From: Candidatus Dojkabacteria bacterium
GTDB taxonomy: Bacteria > Patescibacteriota > Dojkabacteria > J137
DNA length: 64,000 nucleotides
Direction: 5' to 3'
Assembly: GCA_040006935.1 (NCBI GenBank)
Contig: JBDTVZ010000003.1
Span: forward strand, 1,102 to 65,101
In this document: piece after piece, positions 41,391-50,639 of the stretch
How positions within the stretch are numbered: position 1 is the first letter of the stretch
Layout: the number at the start of each line of letters is the position of its first letter
Made by a program: the position numbers and the translations under genes
The notes under the pieces: model-generated
What the model saw: the letters and a program-made list of their open reading frames with translations, nothing else
The model's database searches: none
Told to the model about the DNA's origin: nothing

Positions 41391-42479
41391 ATGGATTCAA
41401 AAATACAAAAAAAGAAAAGTCACTTTCAAACATGTTTTCTAGTCATAGTCTTATTAATAGTCTTAGTACTTTTAGCTGGATTCCTTGCAGTAAATTTCTA
41501 TAATAACGCAATATACTCCCCTGCTTCGGACTCCAGTGAGCTTGTTAGCCTAAAGGTTTCTGAAGGAGACACTTTAACTTCAATAGCAAAAACGCTGGAA
41601 GATAAAGGGTTAATAAAGAATTCGGAAATTTTGAAAATATATTTGAGATTAAATAGCACTTCCCCCAATATTAAAGCTGGGAATTACTCTATTCCTAAAA
41701 ATAAAACTGCCATTGAAATTATAGAGATACTTGAGGATGGCGTTCTAAAGCCTGGAGTAAGAGTAACAATAAAAGAAGGCTCTATGGATGTAGAAATAGG
41801 GCAGAAAATTACATCTTCCCTGGGAACTGATGCTTTATTTAATGTCGCTGAATTTAGAGATATAGTTGTAAACCCAGATAGTTATACATTTTCTGTTGAT
41901 GTACAAACATTCCTAAATACCTATAAACCAAGTGGAAAGCCATTGGAAGGATTCTTTTACCCGGATACTTACGAGTTTGCTGGAGACCAAACAACTCTAC
42001 AGATTGTAGATAGAATGGTGCAGAATTTTATTGTTAAAGTTAATGATAATATTAACTTAAATAATTTGAATTTAAATCAAAGCGAAGTCACTACTCTATA
42101 CGATGCTTTAAAACTCGCCTCTATAATTGAAAAAGAAGCTGGGAAAGATTCCGACAGAAAAGATATTTCGAGCGTTTTTCACAACCGAATACAAAACGAT
42201 ATCCCCCTAGAGTCTGATGTTACAGTCAATTACGTAACGGGCCAAAATAGCGATTATGTATCCATAAGCGACACCCATGTAGACTCACCATATAATACAT
42301 ATCAAAACCTAGGATTAACTCCTACACCTATCAATAACCCCCGAATTGAGTCTATTGTGGCGGCACTTTACCCAACACAAACTGACTACTTCTACTTTCT
42401 GTATTATGATGGAACAACATATTTCTCAAAAACTTTTGAGGAACATCAACAGAAAGCGTGTCAATATAGGGGTTGTTAG
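41391..42479 (+). CDS. mltG: Endolytic transglycosylase MltG
   Basis: TM helix; LEGFFYPDTY; LASIIEKEA; SPYNTY..GLTPTPINNP. Confidence 0.94.
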   Translation: MDSKIQKKKSHFQTCFLVIVLLIVLVLLAGFLAVNFYNNAIYSPASDSSELVSLKVSEGDTLTSIAKTLEDKGLIKNSEILKIYLRLNSTSPNIKAGNYSIPKNKTAIEIIEILEDGVLKPGVRVTIKEGSMDVEIGQKITSSLGTDALFNVAEFRDIVVNPDSYTFSVDVQTFLNTYKPSGKPLEGFFYPDTYEFAGDQTTLQIVDRMVQNFIVKVNDNINLNNLNLNQSEVTTLYDALKLASIIEKEAGKDSDRKDISSVFHNRIQNDIPLESDVTVNYVTGQNSDYVSISDTHVDSPYNTYQNLGLTPTPINNPRIESIVAALYPTQTDYFYFLYYDGTTYFSKTFEEHQQKACQYRGC

Positions 42480-42511
42480 TGTAGAATATATCTGAATTTA
42501 ATCAGAATTTT

Positions 42512-42862
42512 ATGCATAAACTAAACCCACGGGATCTTCCAGAAATGAAGATTGTGGATATAACACTACCTAGAGCTATTGCGATTTTAGTAAGCGTTAC
42601 TCTATTCTTTGCATTGCCTGTAGTGGGAATAACTTATTACCAAGCTCATCCTGCGCCACAGGAGACTGAGACGGTTAGTACTTCTCAAAATATTGAACCT
42701 AAAGTGGCTGGAGCTAGTACAGAAGCAACAAATCCGGGTCTAATTTTCGGAATAGATATGAACTCAGAGCAAGGATTGTTACTTATGATAGGTGTAATAA
42801 TGATAGGAATTTCATTTATACTGGTAATATTCTTCTTACTTGAGAGTCAGAAGAAGGGTTAA
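42512..42862 (+). CDS. Two-TM hypothetical protein
   Basis: Two TM helices around a KVAGAST motif. Confidence 0.6.
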   Translation: MHKLNPRDLPEMKIVDITLPRAIAILVSVTLFFALPVVGITYYQAHPAPQETETVSTSQNIEPKVAGASTEATNPGLIFGIDMNSEQGLLLMIGVIMIGISFILVIFFLLESQKKG

Positions 42863-42882
42863 CCCTCTGCTATAATTACTCC

Positions 42883-43311
42883 ATGCAAATCAAGTCCATT
42901 CATCCTGTTAAAAAATCTAAAGAGACTTTACTTCCTTTTTATCTTGAATCTATAAAAGCTGGATTTCCCTCTCCCGCGGATGATTTTATAGATAAGAAAC
43001 TAGATCTAAATGAATATTTAGTTAAACATCCTGTGGCAACATTTTTTGTGAGAGTTTCGGGAGATTCTATGATAAATGCTGGCATACATACAGGTGATAT
43101 TTTGGTTGTAGATAAAGCATTGGATGCAAAAGATAAGAATATTGTTGTTGCTGTGATAAATGGCGAACTGACTGTAAAAAGACTCCGTATGAAAGACGGG
43201 AAGGTAGCATTAATGCCCGAGAATTCAAACTATAAGCCGATTATTATAACTTCGGAAGATAACTTCTCTATTTGGGGAGTTGTAACAAATGTAATTCATA
43301 ATTTAATCTAA
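42883..43311 (+). CDS. umuD: DNA polymerase V subunit UmuD (S24 autopeptidase)
   Basis: AGFPSPA cleavage site, GDSM serine, TVKRL lysine. Confidence 0.93.
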   Translation: MQIKSIHPVKKSKETLLPFYLESIKAGFPSPADDFIDKKLDLNEYLVKHPVATFFVRVSGDSMINAGIHTGDILVVDKALDAKDKNIVVAVINGELTVKRLRMKDGKVALMPENSNYKPIIITSEDNFSIWGVVTNVIHNLI

Positions 43312-43333
43312 ATCCCTACCTAAGAACTCCTAA

Positions 43334-43422
43334 CCCTCCCCTTAATTTAAGGGGAGGTGTCCGCCTTATGCGGACGGTGGGGTTAATACCGCACCAGAAT
43401 CACACGAATGTTTGTGCGGTCC
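43334..43422. repeat. Composite palindrome, modules A and B, with an inserted GTCCGC..GCGGAC hairpin
   Basis: CCTCCCCTTA-ATT-TAAGGGGAGG; ACCGCAC-N19-GTGCGGT abutting the next stop codon. Confidence 0.8.
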
Positions 43423-43668
43423 TTATTTGAGTTCTTGTAATTTTTCCTGGATATATGGTTCTGACCAATACGATAGTGCAGTTTGAAGATCATCCTTAGC
43501 TTTTTCTTTATTACCACTCTCAAGTTCAGATATAGCTAGATTGTAATATGTTCTAGCTTGAGTTTTGGGAACTCCAACAGCGAAAAAATATGCAAAGAAT
43601 ATTCCAGCAGTTATTATAGAAGCGAATATAACGTAGAAAGTGTTTTTGAAAATACTCTTAAATTTCAT
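43423..43668 (-). CDS. Small membrane-anchored TPR-like protein
   Basis: TM helix then YYNLAISELESGNKEKAKDDLQTAL. Confidence 0.6.
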   Translation of the reverse strand: MKFKSIFKNTFYVIFASIITAGIFFAYFFAVGVPKTQARTYYNLAISELESGNKEKAKDDLQTALSYWSEPYIQEKLQELK

Positions 43669-44752
43669 CCAGAGCTTCCTTATTCAAGTAGTTAGTTTTA
43701 TATATATCTAGCAAGGTGAATAATATAACGATTATTAGTGGTCCGTAGAATATTCCAAAGAATCCGAATATTCCTATTCCCCCGATTACACTGAGGATCG
43801 TTACTAATGGATGAAGGTTTACGTCTTCTTTAATTAGCCTTGGTCTTAATATAGAATCTACAACGTTAATCATTATTCCACTGTAAACGATTATAAATAT
43901 TCCAGCTATGACCCCTGCTGGTGATTGGTTTACAAAACCTTGGATAATCATTATTGCTCCAATTGGTGCCCAAACTAATCCCGATCCTATTGGAATTATT
44001 GAGAGGATAAGCATAATGATCCACAGTAATACTGGTGCCCCTACTCCAAGAAAAATCATCGGAATTATTACCACTGTGGCTTGTGCAATTGCGACTATAA
44101 AACTTCCATTAATTACACTTTTTAATGTATTTATAAACTTTCTATAAATAATTTCATCATATTTAGCATCTAACGGAGAGAATTTTGCCACAATCCTTGG
44201 TAATTTCTCATATGCTGGGAACATATAAACTAAACAAAGAATAAGAATAAATATACTAAAAAGTATCCCTCCTCCTATAGAAATTAAGTCTTTTAATATT
44301 GGAAGTAGTTGATTAGATAGAAAATCGGATTGACGAACTCCAGCAATAAGAGTTTGCAAGTCCAGCTTAGAAATATTATCTGAGAAATTATTTATATAGG
44401 TAACAGCTTGATCAATTGAATCCTTAAATCCTTTAAAACTATCCAGATTATCTAAGATTCCTGTAGATCGAATTACGTTTTGAACTTCGTTAATGCTAAA
44501 TACAACTATCAAAACGATTGGAACTATAAATAAGACTAGTACTAAAATAATAGATAATGTTGTAGATAGTCCATTACTCTTTGTCTTATCCTTTATGAAC
44601 GCGTATATGGGATGGAAAAGTTGAACAATAATCAAACTTAATATTAATACATTAAAGAAGGGAGAAAAAACGTTAAATGCTAAACTCGCAAACAATATTA
44701 GTGCAAATAGAAGCATTAAATCTTTAGCTTTCAAGGAACTAAGTTGCTTCAT
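43658..44752 (-). CDS. AI-2E (PerM/YdiK) family transporter
   Basis: Multi-TM; IIPIGSGLVWAP, DSILRPRL, HPLVTILSVIGG, GIFYGP; start moved to the ATG at 44752. Confidence 0.88.
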   Translation of the reverse strand: MKQLSSLKAKDLMLLFALILFASLAFNVFSPFFNVLILSLIIVQLFHPIYAFIKDKTKSNGLSTTLSIILVLVLFIVPIVLIVVFSINEVQNVIRSTGILDNLDSFKGFKDSIDQAVTYINNFSDNISKLDLQTLIAGVRQSDFLSNQLLPILKDLISIGGGILFSIFILILCLVYMFPAYEKLPRIVAKFSPLDAKYDEIIYRKFINTLKSVINGSFIVAIAQATVVIIPMIFLGVGAPVLLWIIMLILSIIPIGSGLVWAPIGAIMIIQGFVNQSPAGVIAGIFIIVYSGIMINVVDSILRPRLIKEDVNLHPLVTILSVIGGIGIFGFFGIFYGPLIIVILFTLLDIYKTNYLNKEALDEI

Positions 44753-44869
44753 TTGGGAGTAAATAAGAAAAATACTAAATAAGCATAGCATTTTGATAAC
44801 TACTATGACAATAAATTTATCCAGCTCTAGCTTGAAATTTTGGAGTCTACTGGTATAATCAACGTGCAT

Positions 44870-44941
44870 TCCTCCTTAGCTCAATGGTAGAGCAATCGAC
44901 TGTTAATCGGTGTGTTGAAGGTTCGAGTCCTTCAGGGGGAG
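44870..44941 (+). tRNA. tRNA-Asn(GUU)
   Basis: Acceptor TCCTCCT/AGGGGGA plus discriminator G; ATCGA-CTGTTAA-TCGGT; GTTCGAGTC. Confidence 0.93.
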
Positions 44942-45039
44942 TTCTTAACCTGAATTCTCAATTCTTTACCTTATACTTAATTCTAAGAATTTAGATTAAG
45001 AATTAGGTAGTACCACTCTCCTATAAATCTAACAAGTCT

Positions 45040-45125
45040 AATGGTGGATTCCGCCTAGGCGGATTAATCGGTGTGTTGTCCGTTTCCTCCAGGGGCGGAC
45101 TTCTAGCAGCACTTAAAGGGGAGTT
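45040..45125 (+). pseudogene. Degenerate tRNA-Asn copy interrupted by two TCCG..CGGA palindromes
   Basis: aatggt, ttaatcggtgtgttg (45064-45078, exact) and ggggagtt match the tRNA in order. Confidence 0.7.
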
Positions 45126-45127
45126 TT

Positions 45128-45798
45128 TTATTTCTTCAATATTAGCGTAAAAGTTGTAGGAACCTCATAACCCAAAATACCCAACTCTCTTGATTGTTTC
45201 CCAATGTTCTCATTTAATTGAATAATCTTGAATCCAGCTTCCACCGAACTATTTATATATTCTTGAAAAGTAAATGTCGGATGCTTTACGGTAATACCAC
45301 TACCACCCCCGCTAAAGGGAATTCTACGATTTCTTTTACATCATATCTTTTTGATTTCTTTCTAAAGAATCCTACTAAAGGATGAGCATCTCTAAAACAA
45401 AAATATCCTCCTTTTCTTAGAGAGGCATGCACTCTCTTCATTAATAGTTCAAGGTTATTAGTATAATGGATAGAGCACATTCCAAATACAAGATCATATG
45501 AGGCTTTTTTTGACTGAAATTCATCAATATTAGCAAGCTCAATCTTTGTTCTGGAATCATTAACTATTTCTCTGAATTTATCAAGCATCTCTTCAGAATT
45601 ATCAATCCCCTTGTAATTTTTTATATTTGAATACTTATTTAAAAAGTATTTTGCATCTATACCACTACCATATTCCAGTACATCGATTTCCTTATCTTCT
45701 AAATTTAGGATTTTTATAAAGTCATCCTTAGCAGCTGCGGAGTTACCCAACATATGTTGATGATATCCTGAAATTATATCTGAGTATTGAGTCTTCAT
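45128..45798 (-). pseudogene. Class I SAM-dependent methyltransferase with a frameshift at a G5 run
   Basis: VLEYGSG, YDLVF, LRKGGYF; an extra G at 45306-45310 would continue GGSGITVKHPTFTFQEYINSSVEAGFKI...LILKK*. Confidence 0.75.
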
Positions 45799-45839
45799 AT
45801 TTGAATATTACCACAACCACTCTCCTATATTATTTTTTT

Positions 45840-45956
45840 TTGACATAGATTTTTAACTTTTGTATCCTCAAGAGGATTTAAAAATTTTTATGGAAAATAA
45901 ATTAATCTCAAATAACAAACTATAACTACTCTAAGAGCCGAAAGGCTCTTTTTTTT
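45840..45956 (+). promoter_or_regulatory. Sigma70-type promoter, short leader ORF and intrinsic terminator (candidate attenuator)
   Basis: TTGACA-N17-TATCCT; ORF MENKLISNNKL* at 45890-45925; AAGAGCC-GAAA-GGCTCTT followed by a T-tract. Confidence 0.65.
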
Positions 45957-45999
45957 ATTATGAAATAACAAGATTTATCTTATTTTTTAATTAAAAGAT

Positions 46000-47103
46000 A
46001 TGGCTCTAGATATACAAAAAAAATTCGGAGATCAAATAAATGAATTTATCGAGCAAGGTGTTGCAGTGGCTGTTCCCACATTAGCTGAAATTGACCCTAA
46101 GGGACATATAAGTGAAGAAGTTTTAAGTCGACTCGTGATAGCCATAGAAGTAGGAAACCCCAAGGAATGGATGTCAGAATATTTGGATAATGAAATTGAA
46201 TTCCCTATTGATACTTTTCCCCCTGAATTCCAGGAGTTTTACAGAGGATTTTCTGAAAGAGAACTTGCGGAAATTAAAGCATGTACTTCCTTAATGACCC
46301 AAATAGCAAATGTGAGCAGATTATCAAACGAAGACTTTCAGAGGGCAAATCCAGAAATTATTGCTAAATTTAAAACTCTGTATAAATTGGCAGAAATGAG
46401 AATTATGTACTTTATCAAAAATAAGATAAAAGATTTAATTAATGAGGGACTGCCAGAGGGTGAAAGTAAAGATCCTAAAAAGGTTTTAAATCTATTTGCT
46501 CTACGAGGGGCGAAGGTATTCGAAAATCAATATAACTTTGGAGTTTCGAAAGAAGTTGAAATGAAGAGAATCCCTCTACTAGATGGGAGTTACGTAGTGG
46601 GGGTTGGTCCAGAATTTCAGCAATTGCTAGATATGCCTTTAGAGGAAAAAGCCATGGTCGAAGATGTTATATTACCAGACGATTGTATTTCTACAGGTAT
46701 GAGTGAAGGAGCACTTGTAAAATTATTAAAAATGGCAGGATTTAATCCTAAAAGAATTATTATTCCTGCAACTGTTGCAGTTAGAGGTGGATTGGCGTAT
46801 ATAGCAAAAATTGTTAAAGAAACATTTCCTGACTGTACACTTTCACTTCCAGCGGGGGAACCCTGCTCTTCTGTAAATGATTTAATGTACTTAATGGTAA
46901 AGAAGTTATTTAAAGTAGGAGATATGGGATTTTTTAATTACGTAGCCTCTAATGAGGATTTAGCAAATGTTCCTACTGGTGAAACCCCAATGAATACGAA
47001 TATGGATCTTGTGAAGCTAGCATTTTATGTTACGGATCCAGAGGGGCTATTACGTTATCTTGAACACGTAACTAATCAGCTATTCTCCACAACTGAAGCT
47101 TAA
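46000..47103 (+). CDS. Divergent type I phosphoribosyltransferase (UPRTase-like)
   Basis: ALRGA, PRPP-binding loop VILPDDCISTGMS, late VGDMG motif. Confidence 0.6.
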   Translation: MALDIQKKFGDQINEFIEQGVAVAVPTLAEIDPKGHISEEVLSRLVIAIEVGNPKEWMSEYLDNEIEFPIDTFPPEFQEFYRGFSERELAEIKACTSLMTQIANVSRLSNEDFQRANPEIIAKFKTLYKLAEMRIMYFIKNKIKDLINEGLPEGESKDPKKVLNLFALRGAKVFENQYNFGVSKEVEMKRIPLLDGSYVVGVGPEFQQLLDMPLEEKAMVEDVILPDDCISTGMSEGALVKLLKMAGFNPKRIIIPATVAVRGGLAYIAKIVKETFPDCTLSLPAGEPCSSVNDLMYLMVKKLFKVGDMGFFNYVASNEDLANVPTGETPMNTNMDLVKLAFYVTDPEGLLRYLEHVTNQLFSTTEA

Positions 47104-47119
47104 ATAAAATACGGCGAGT

Positions 47120-48016
47120 TTATCTCGAGATAAACTCGCCTAGAATATGAACTCCTTGTTTTAATCTCCCATTAATACGTAAACCTAAATTTAATTCTTT
47201 GTTTAATTCAAGACTATATTGAGATAAAAGCTCCTTCCATTCCGACCATTTATAATATTGACCCGTCCAAGGCATATGTGGATTTTTTACATTAATTATC
47301 CAGTCATTTGCAATAATAAATTCCCACCTCTGCTCTGTTGTTAAATCGTAAAACCTTTTTGTAAATTCTTTATCTGTTTGGATATTAATTTTCTGATTTC
47401 CCGAGCACAGAGAATCAATATCAACTTGATCCACAAAGGTTTCTTCCCACAAAATTAACCTTCCGCCTTTGTTTAGAGCCTGCTTACAGTTTTGAAGCAT
47501 TCTTTTAATAGCATCTAAGTTTTCAAAGTGATGAAACACAAATTGAATGTTTATTAAATCTACAGAATTACTTTCTATTGGAAATTCTGATGCATCTGGA
47601 TCTGTTTGATAGTAAACACATTTATCAGGCTTTAAGAACACACCTTTTTGAGGAATAATATCTATTCCAATGAACTTTTCGATATTACTGTATTTAGTTG
47701 ATAGGTAATTGATTGTATCTAATTTGTTCGCACCTACATCAAGGTAAGTCTTTACGTTTGAATAATCAAATAAGTCTATAGAATTTGCTTCTGTGATTTT
47801 ATTTGTAACAAGCTGTTTTGCATTTTGGAACTTTTGATCTATTACTTGCCTCTTTTCATCCAAACTCCCTTTCCTATCTCTCGCCTCCCAGGACATATCA
47901 ACAATTCCCTGACCAATAGATTCGTCTATACCGGACTGAGCAAAGTTAGCTTTAAAAAAATCCGTTAGTAGATTTTTAACTTGTTGTGTATGCCAAATTT
48001 TTAGTGGATCGATCAT
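47120..48016 (-). CDS. Class I SAM-dependent methyltransferase
   Basis: YLDVGAN, IGIDI, VDLINIQFVFHH, LNKGGRLIL. Confidence 0.85.
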   Translation of the reverse strand: MIDPLKIWHTQQVKNLLTDFFKANFAQSGIDESIGQGIVDMSWEARDRKGSLDEKRQVIDQKFQNAKQLVTNKITEANSIDLFDYSNVKTYLDVGANKLDTINYLSTKYSNIEKFIGIDIIPQKGVFLKPDKCVYYQTDPDASEFPIESNSVDLINIQFVFHHFENLDAIKRMLQNCKQALNKGGRLILWEETFVDQVDIDSLCSGNQKINIQTDKEFTKRFYDLTTEQRWEFIIANDWIINVKNPHMPWTGQYYKWSEWKELLSQYSLELNKELNLGLRINGRLKQGVHILGEFISR

Positions 48017-48029
48017 TTGTAAATATAAT

Positions 48030-48410
48030 TTATAATTTACTAAACATCTGGATTATGTTTCCATCAAGGTCTTTTGCGGTAAGAACTCTGAGATCACCTG
48101 TTGGAGAATCATGAGGTTCTGCGATAAATTCTACCCCTCTCTCTTTCAACGTCTCATAAATTTTATCGACATCGTCGACAAAATAAGAAATCATTAATCT
48201 GTAGGGTTCCTTAGTTTTACCTTTAACTTCGGAATGATAGCCTATCCATAAATACATATCGTTTGATGGATCAATTTCAAAAGCGATTGCTTTATCTTCA
48301 GGAATATCGACTTCTAGAACTTGTTTTAAATTAAATTTCTCCTTGTACCAATTTGCAAGGGACTTATAATCCTCACTCCAAATTGTAAAACCTTCGAACT
48401 TTTTTAACAT
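48030..48410 (-). CDS. VOC/glyoxalase family protein
   Basis: LANWYKEKF, YFVDDVD, KDLDGNIIQ. Confidence 0.85.
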   Translation of the reverse strand: MLKKFEGFTIWSEDYKSLANWYKEKFNLKQVLEVDIPEDKAIAFEIDPSNDMYLWIGYHSEVKGKTKEPYRLMISYFVDDVDKIYETLKERGVEFIAEPHDSPTGDLRVLTAKDLDGNIIQMFSKL

Positions 48411-48452
48411 AAGGATGATGTAAAAAATAAATACTGTGATTTTAAATTTATA

Positions 48453-49733
48453 TTAAATTTTCACCTCTAACAATTCTCCCCACTCAGTCGTGAAACGATT
48501 ACTAATTCTATTCTTTCGACCTCGCCAACTTTGTTTTATACCGGTTGCTGCCACCTTAATTACTTCTCTTCCCCACTCATTATTTACTTCATCTACTGCT
48601 TCCATTAAACCCTCTCTCTCCTCTTCGTTCTGTTTATTATCTAAAGTCATTTGAGCATAACCTATTTTAGGAATAATTCCTGTTAGCAATACCCCTGCTT
48701 TTCTATACTTAAGATTAGGTTGATATAGCTGTCGTAGTGTTTTTTTCGCAGCCTTAATAAGTGTCGGTGTGTAGTCGGATGGTGCATCCAAAGTAGCTCC
48801 TAAAAAATCAAACTTATATCTCTTTTCTTCCTTATCAATATCTCCTGCTGATTTAATACTAACACCAACATAGCTGGCCATCGAACCTTGCCCTCTAAGC
48901 TTTTCCCCTGCAATAGACATAAAAGTTGCCACAGCCTCTTCAAGCTCTTCTAAGGACACAACATTCTTACCAAAAGATCTGGAACTAATCACACTTTTTC
49001 TAGCTACATGGTGATCCATTTCCACACAATTCACTCCATTAATTTCTAGGTACGTTCTCTCTCCACCTACTCCCAACTTTGCCTTAACAAGTAGTCTATC
49101 CATCTTTTTAAAATCGTAGACACTGTAAACACCTGAGTAGTTTAATTTTAAAGAATATTTACGTCCTATTCCCCAAGTATCTTCCACTTCAATGTTAGAA
49201 AGCAATTCCTTGTTTTCTTGCTCTGAATGAATCCAGAAAACTCCTTGTGTGGCTATATAATTCTTCTTCGCAACCTTATTCCCTAATTTTGCCAAAGTCT
49301 TAGTTTCGGAAATACCAATAGAAGTTGGGATTCCCACCTCTTTCTGTATTCTTTTAACTATTGCCTTACAATATTCCTCAACGTTGTCTGTTTTAACAAA
49401 TTCTAAGTTTAAAAACGCCTCGTCTATTGAGTAGACTTCAATATCGGGAGAATATTCTTTTAAAATCATCATCACTCTTTTAGAGATATCTCCATAAAGC
49501 GTAAAATTAGAAGAAAAAACATACATATCGTACCTATCTATCAAATGTTGCCACATGTGAATCGGCGCTCCCATTGGAATCCCTAAAGCTTTAGCTTCGT
49601 TGGAACGCGCAATAATACAACCATCATTATTTGAAAGTATAACTACTGGTTTTCCATTTAATTTAGGATTAAAAATCCTTTCGCAGGAAGCATAAAAGTT
49701 GTTGCAGTCCAAAAGGGCGTAAAGTTTACTCAT
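48453..49733 (-). CDS. umuC: Y-family DNA polymerase V subunit UmuC
   Basis: LDCNNFYASCER, VILSNNDGC, YSIDEAFL, C-terminal SNRFTTEW. Confidence 0.95.
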   Translation of the reverse strand: MSKLYALLDCNNFYASCERIFNPKLNGKPVVILSNNDGCIIARSNEAKALGIPMGAPIHMWQHLIDRYDMYVFSSNFTLYGDISKRVMMILKEYSPDIEVYSIDEAFLNLEFVKTDNVEEYCKAIVKRIQKEVGIPTSIGISETKTLAKLGNKVAKKNYIATQGVFWIHSEQENKELLSNIEVEDTWGIGRKYSLKLNYSGVYSVYDFKKMDRLLVKAKLGVGGERTYLEINGVNCVEMDHHVARKSVISSRSFGKNVVSLEELEEAVATFMSIAGEKLRGQGSMASYVGVSIKSAGDIDKEEKRYKFDFLGATLDAPSDYTPTLIKAAKKTLRQLYQPNLKYRKAGVLLTGIIPKIGYAQMTLDNKQNEEEREGLMEAVDEVNNEWGREVIKVAATGIKQSWRGRKNRISNRFTTEWGELLEVKI

Positions 49734-49771
49734 ACTAAGATTTTAGCAGAAGGACTTTGAATTGTGACAGA

Positions 49772-50185
49772 CTATCTAAACTTTGATTCTGGATAAAAAT
49801 CTTTTTCGTGTTCCTTTGGAATCTTTAGATGCGTATGCTTAATCGCACAACTGTAAACCTCAGTTTGAATTCCTACTCCCTTTGCCCAGGCAAATATTCC
49901 GTTTACGTATTCACAATAGAAGCAATCAATCTTTTGTAACCAATTTAGTCTTTTTAAATCCCACCTTTCAAAAGAAATGTAGTCAGATTTTTTAACCATT
50001 GGAATGTCGTTTATCTTAAAGTATATAAACTGATAAATTGTTAACCAAACATCCAGTAGAACTACAGGAATCACGACAGAGTAAATCGCAATGCTAGAAA
50101 AAGGAACTAAGAATGGATTCGCTTTTATTCTTTTACCTTCTTGAATAATTAATGCTGGTGTTTCTTTTTCGTAATATTCGGGCAT
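49772..50185 (-). CDS. Hypothetical membrane protein with a Cys motif
   Basis: TM helix; KIDCFYCEYVNG...YSCAIKH. Confidence 0.65.
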   Translation of the reverse strand: MPEYYEKETPALIIQEGKRIKANPFLVPFSSIAIYSVVIPVVLLDVWLTIYQFIYFKINDIPMVKKSDYISFERWDLKRLNWLQKIDCFYCEYVNGIFAWAKGVGIQTEVYSCAIKHTHLKIPKEHEKDFYPESKFR

Positions 50186-50206
50186 AAAAATAGATTTAAA
50201 ATATTA

Positions 50207-50638
50207 TTAATTATTTTCTAAATATTTTTCAATTAACTCAATATGTTCAAAATCTTTAGGTCTGCCCATAGCTTTTTTCCACTTGATTAAATTTTCTAAA
50301 TTTACATACCTGATACTATCAAAAATATCTGCAGAATCTATCAATTCATCAATGTCCCAATACCCCGGAACCCAACTATTGAATATCTCTATCGAGCCTT
50401 CATTCAGTTCAATTACTTTTCCATCTCCTTGACTTGGCTTCTCAGGCGTGCCTAATTCTAATGCTTTTTCCCATGCTGTTCCTCTGGCTACTATATCCAG
50501 ATCGTGACCTAAATCTTTAATTCCTCTAGGATACATTGGGCCACTGCCAAATACTGCGAAATCTTCAGAAGGTAAATTTAATTCTTTTAGAGACTCTAGA
50601 AGCTTCTCTCCTGTTATTCTTTTCGAATCCTTATTCAT
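50207..50638 (-). CDS. Nucleotidyltransferase-fold protein
   Basis: VFGSG...HDLDIV...GRPKD. Confidence 0.65.
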   Translation of the reverse strand: MNKDSKRITGEKLLESLKELNLPSEDFAVFGSGPMYPRGIKDLGHDLDIVARGTAWEKALELGTPEKPSQGDGKVIELNEGSIEIFNSWVPGYWDIDELIDSADIFDSIRYVNLENLIKWKKAMGRPKDFEHIELIEKYLENN

Positions 50639-50639
50639 A

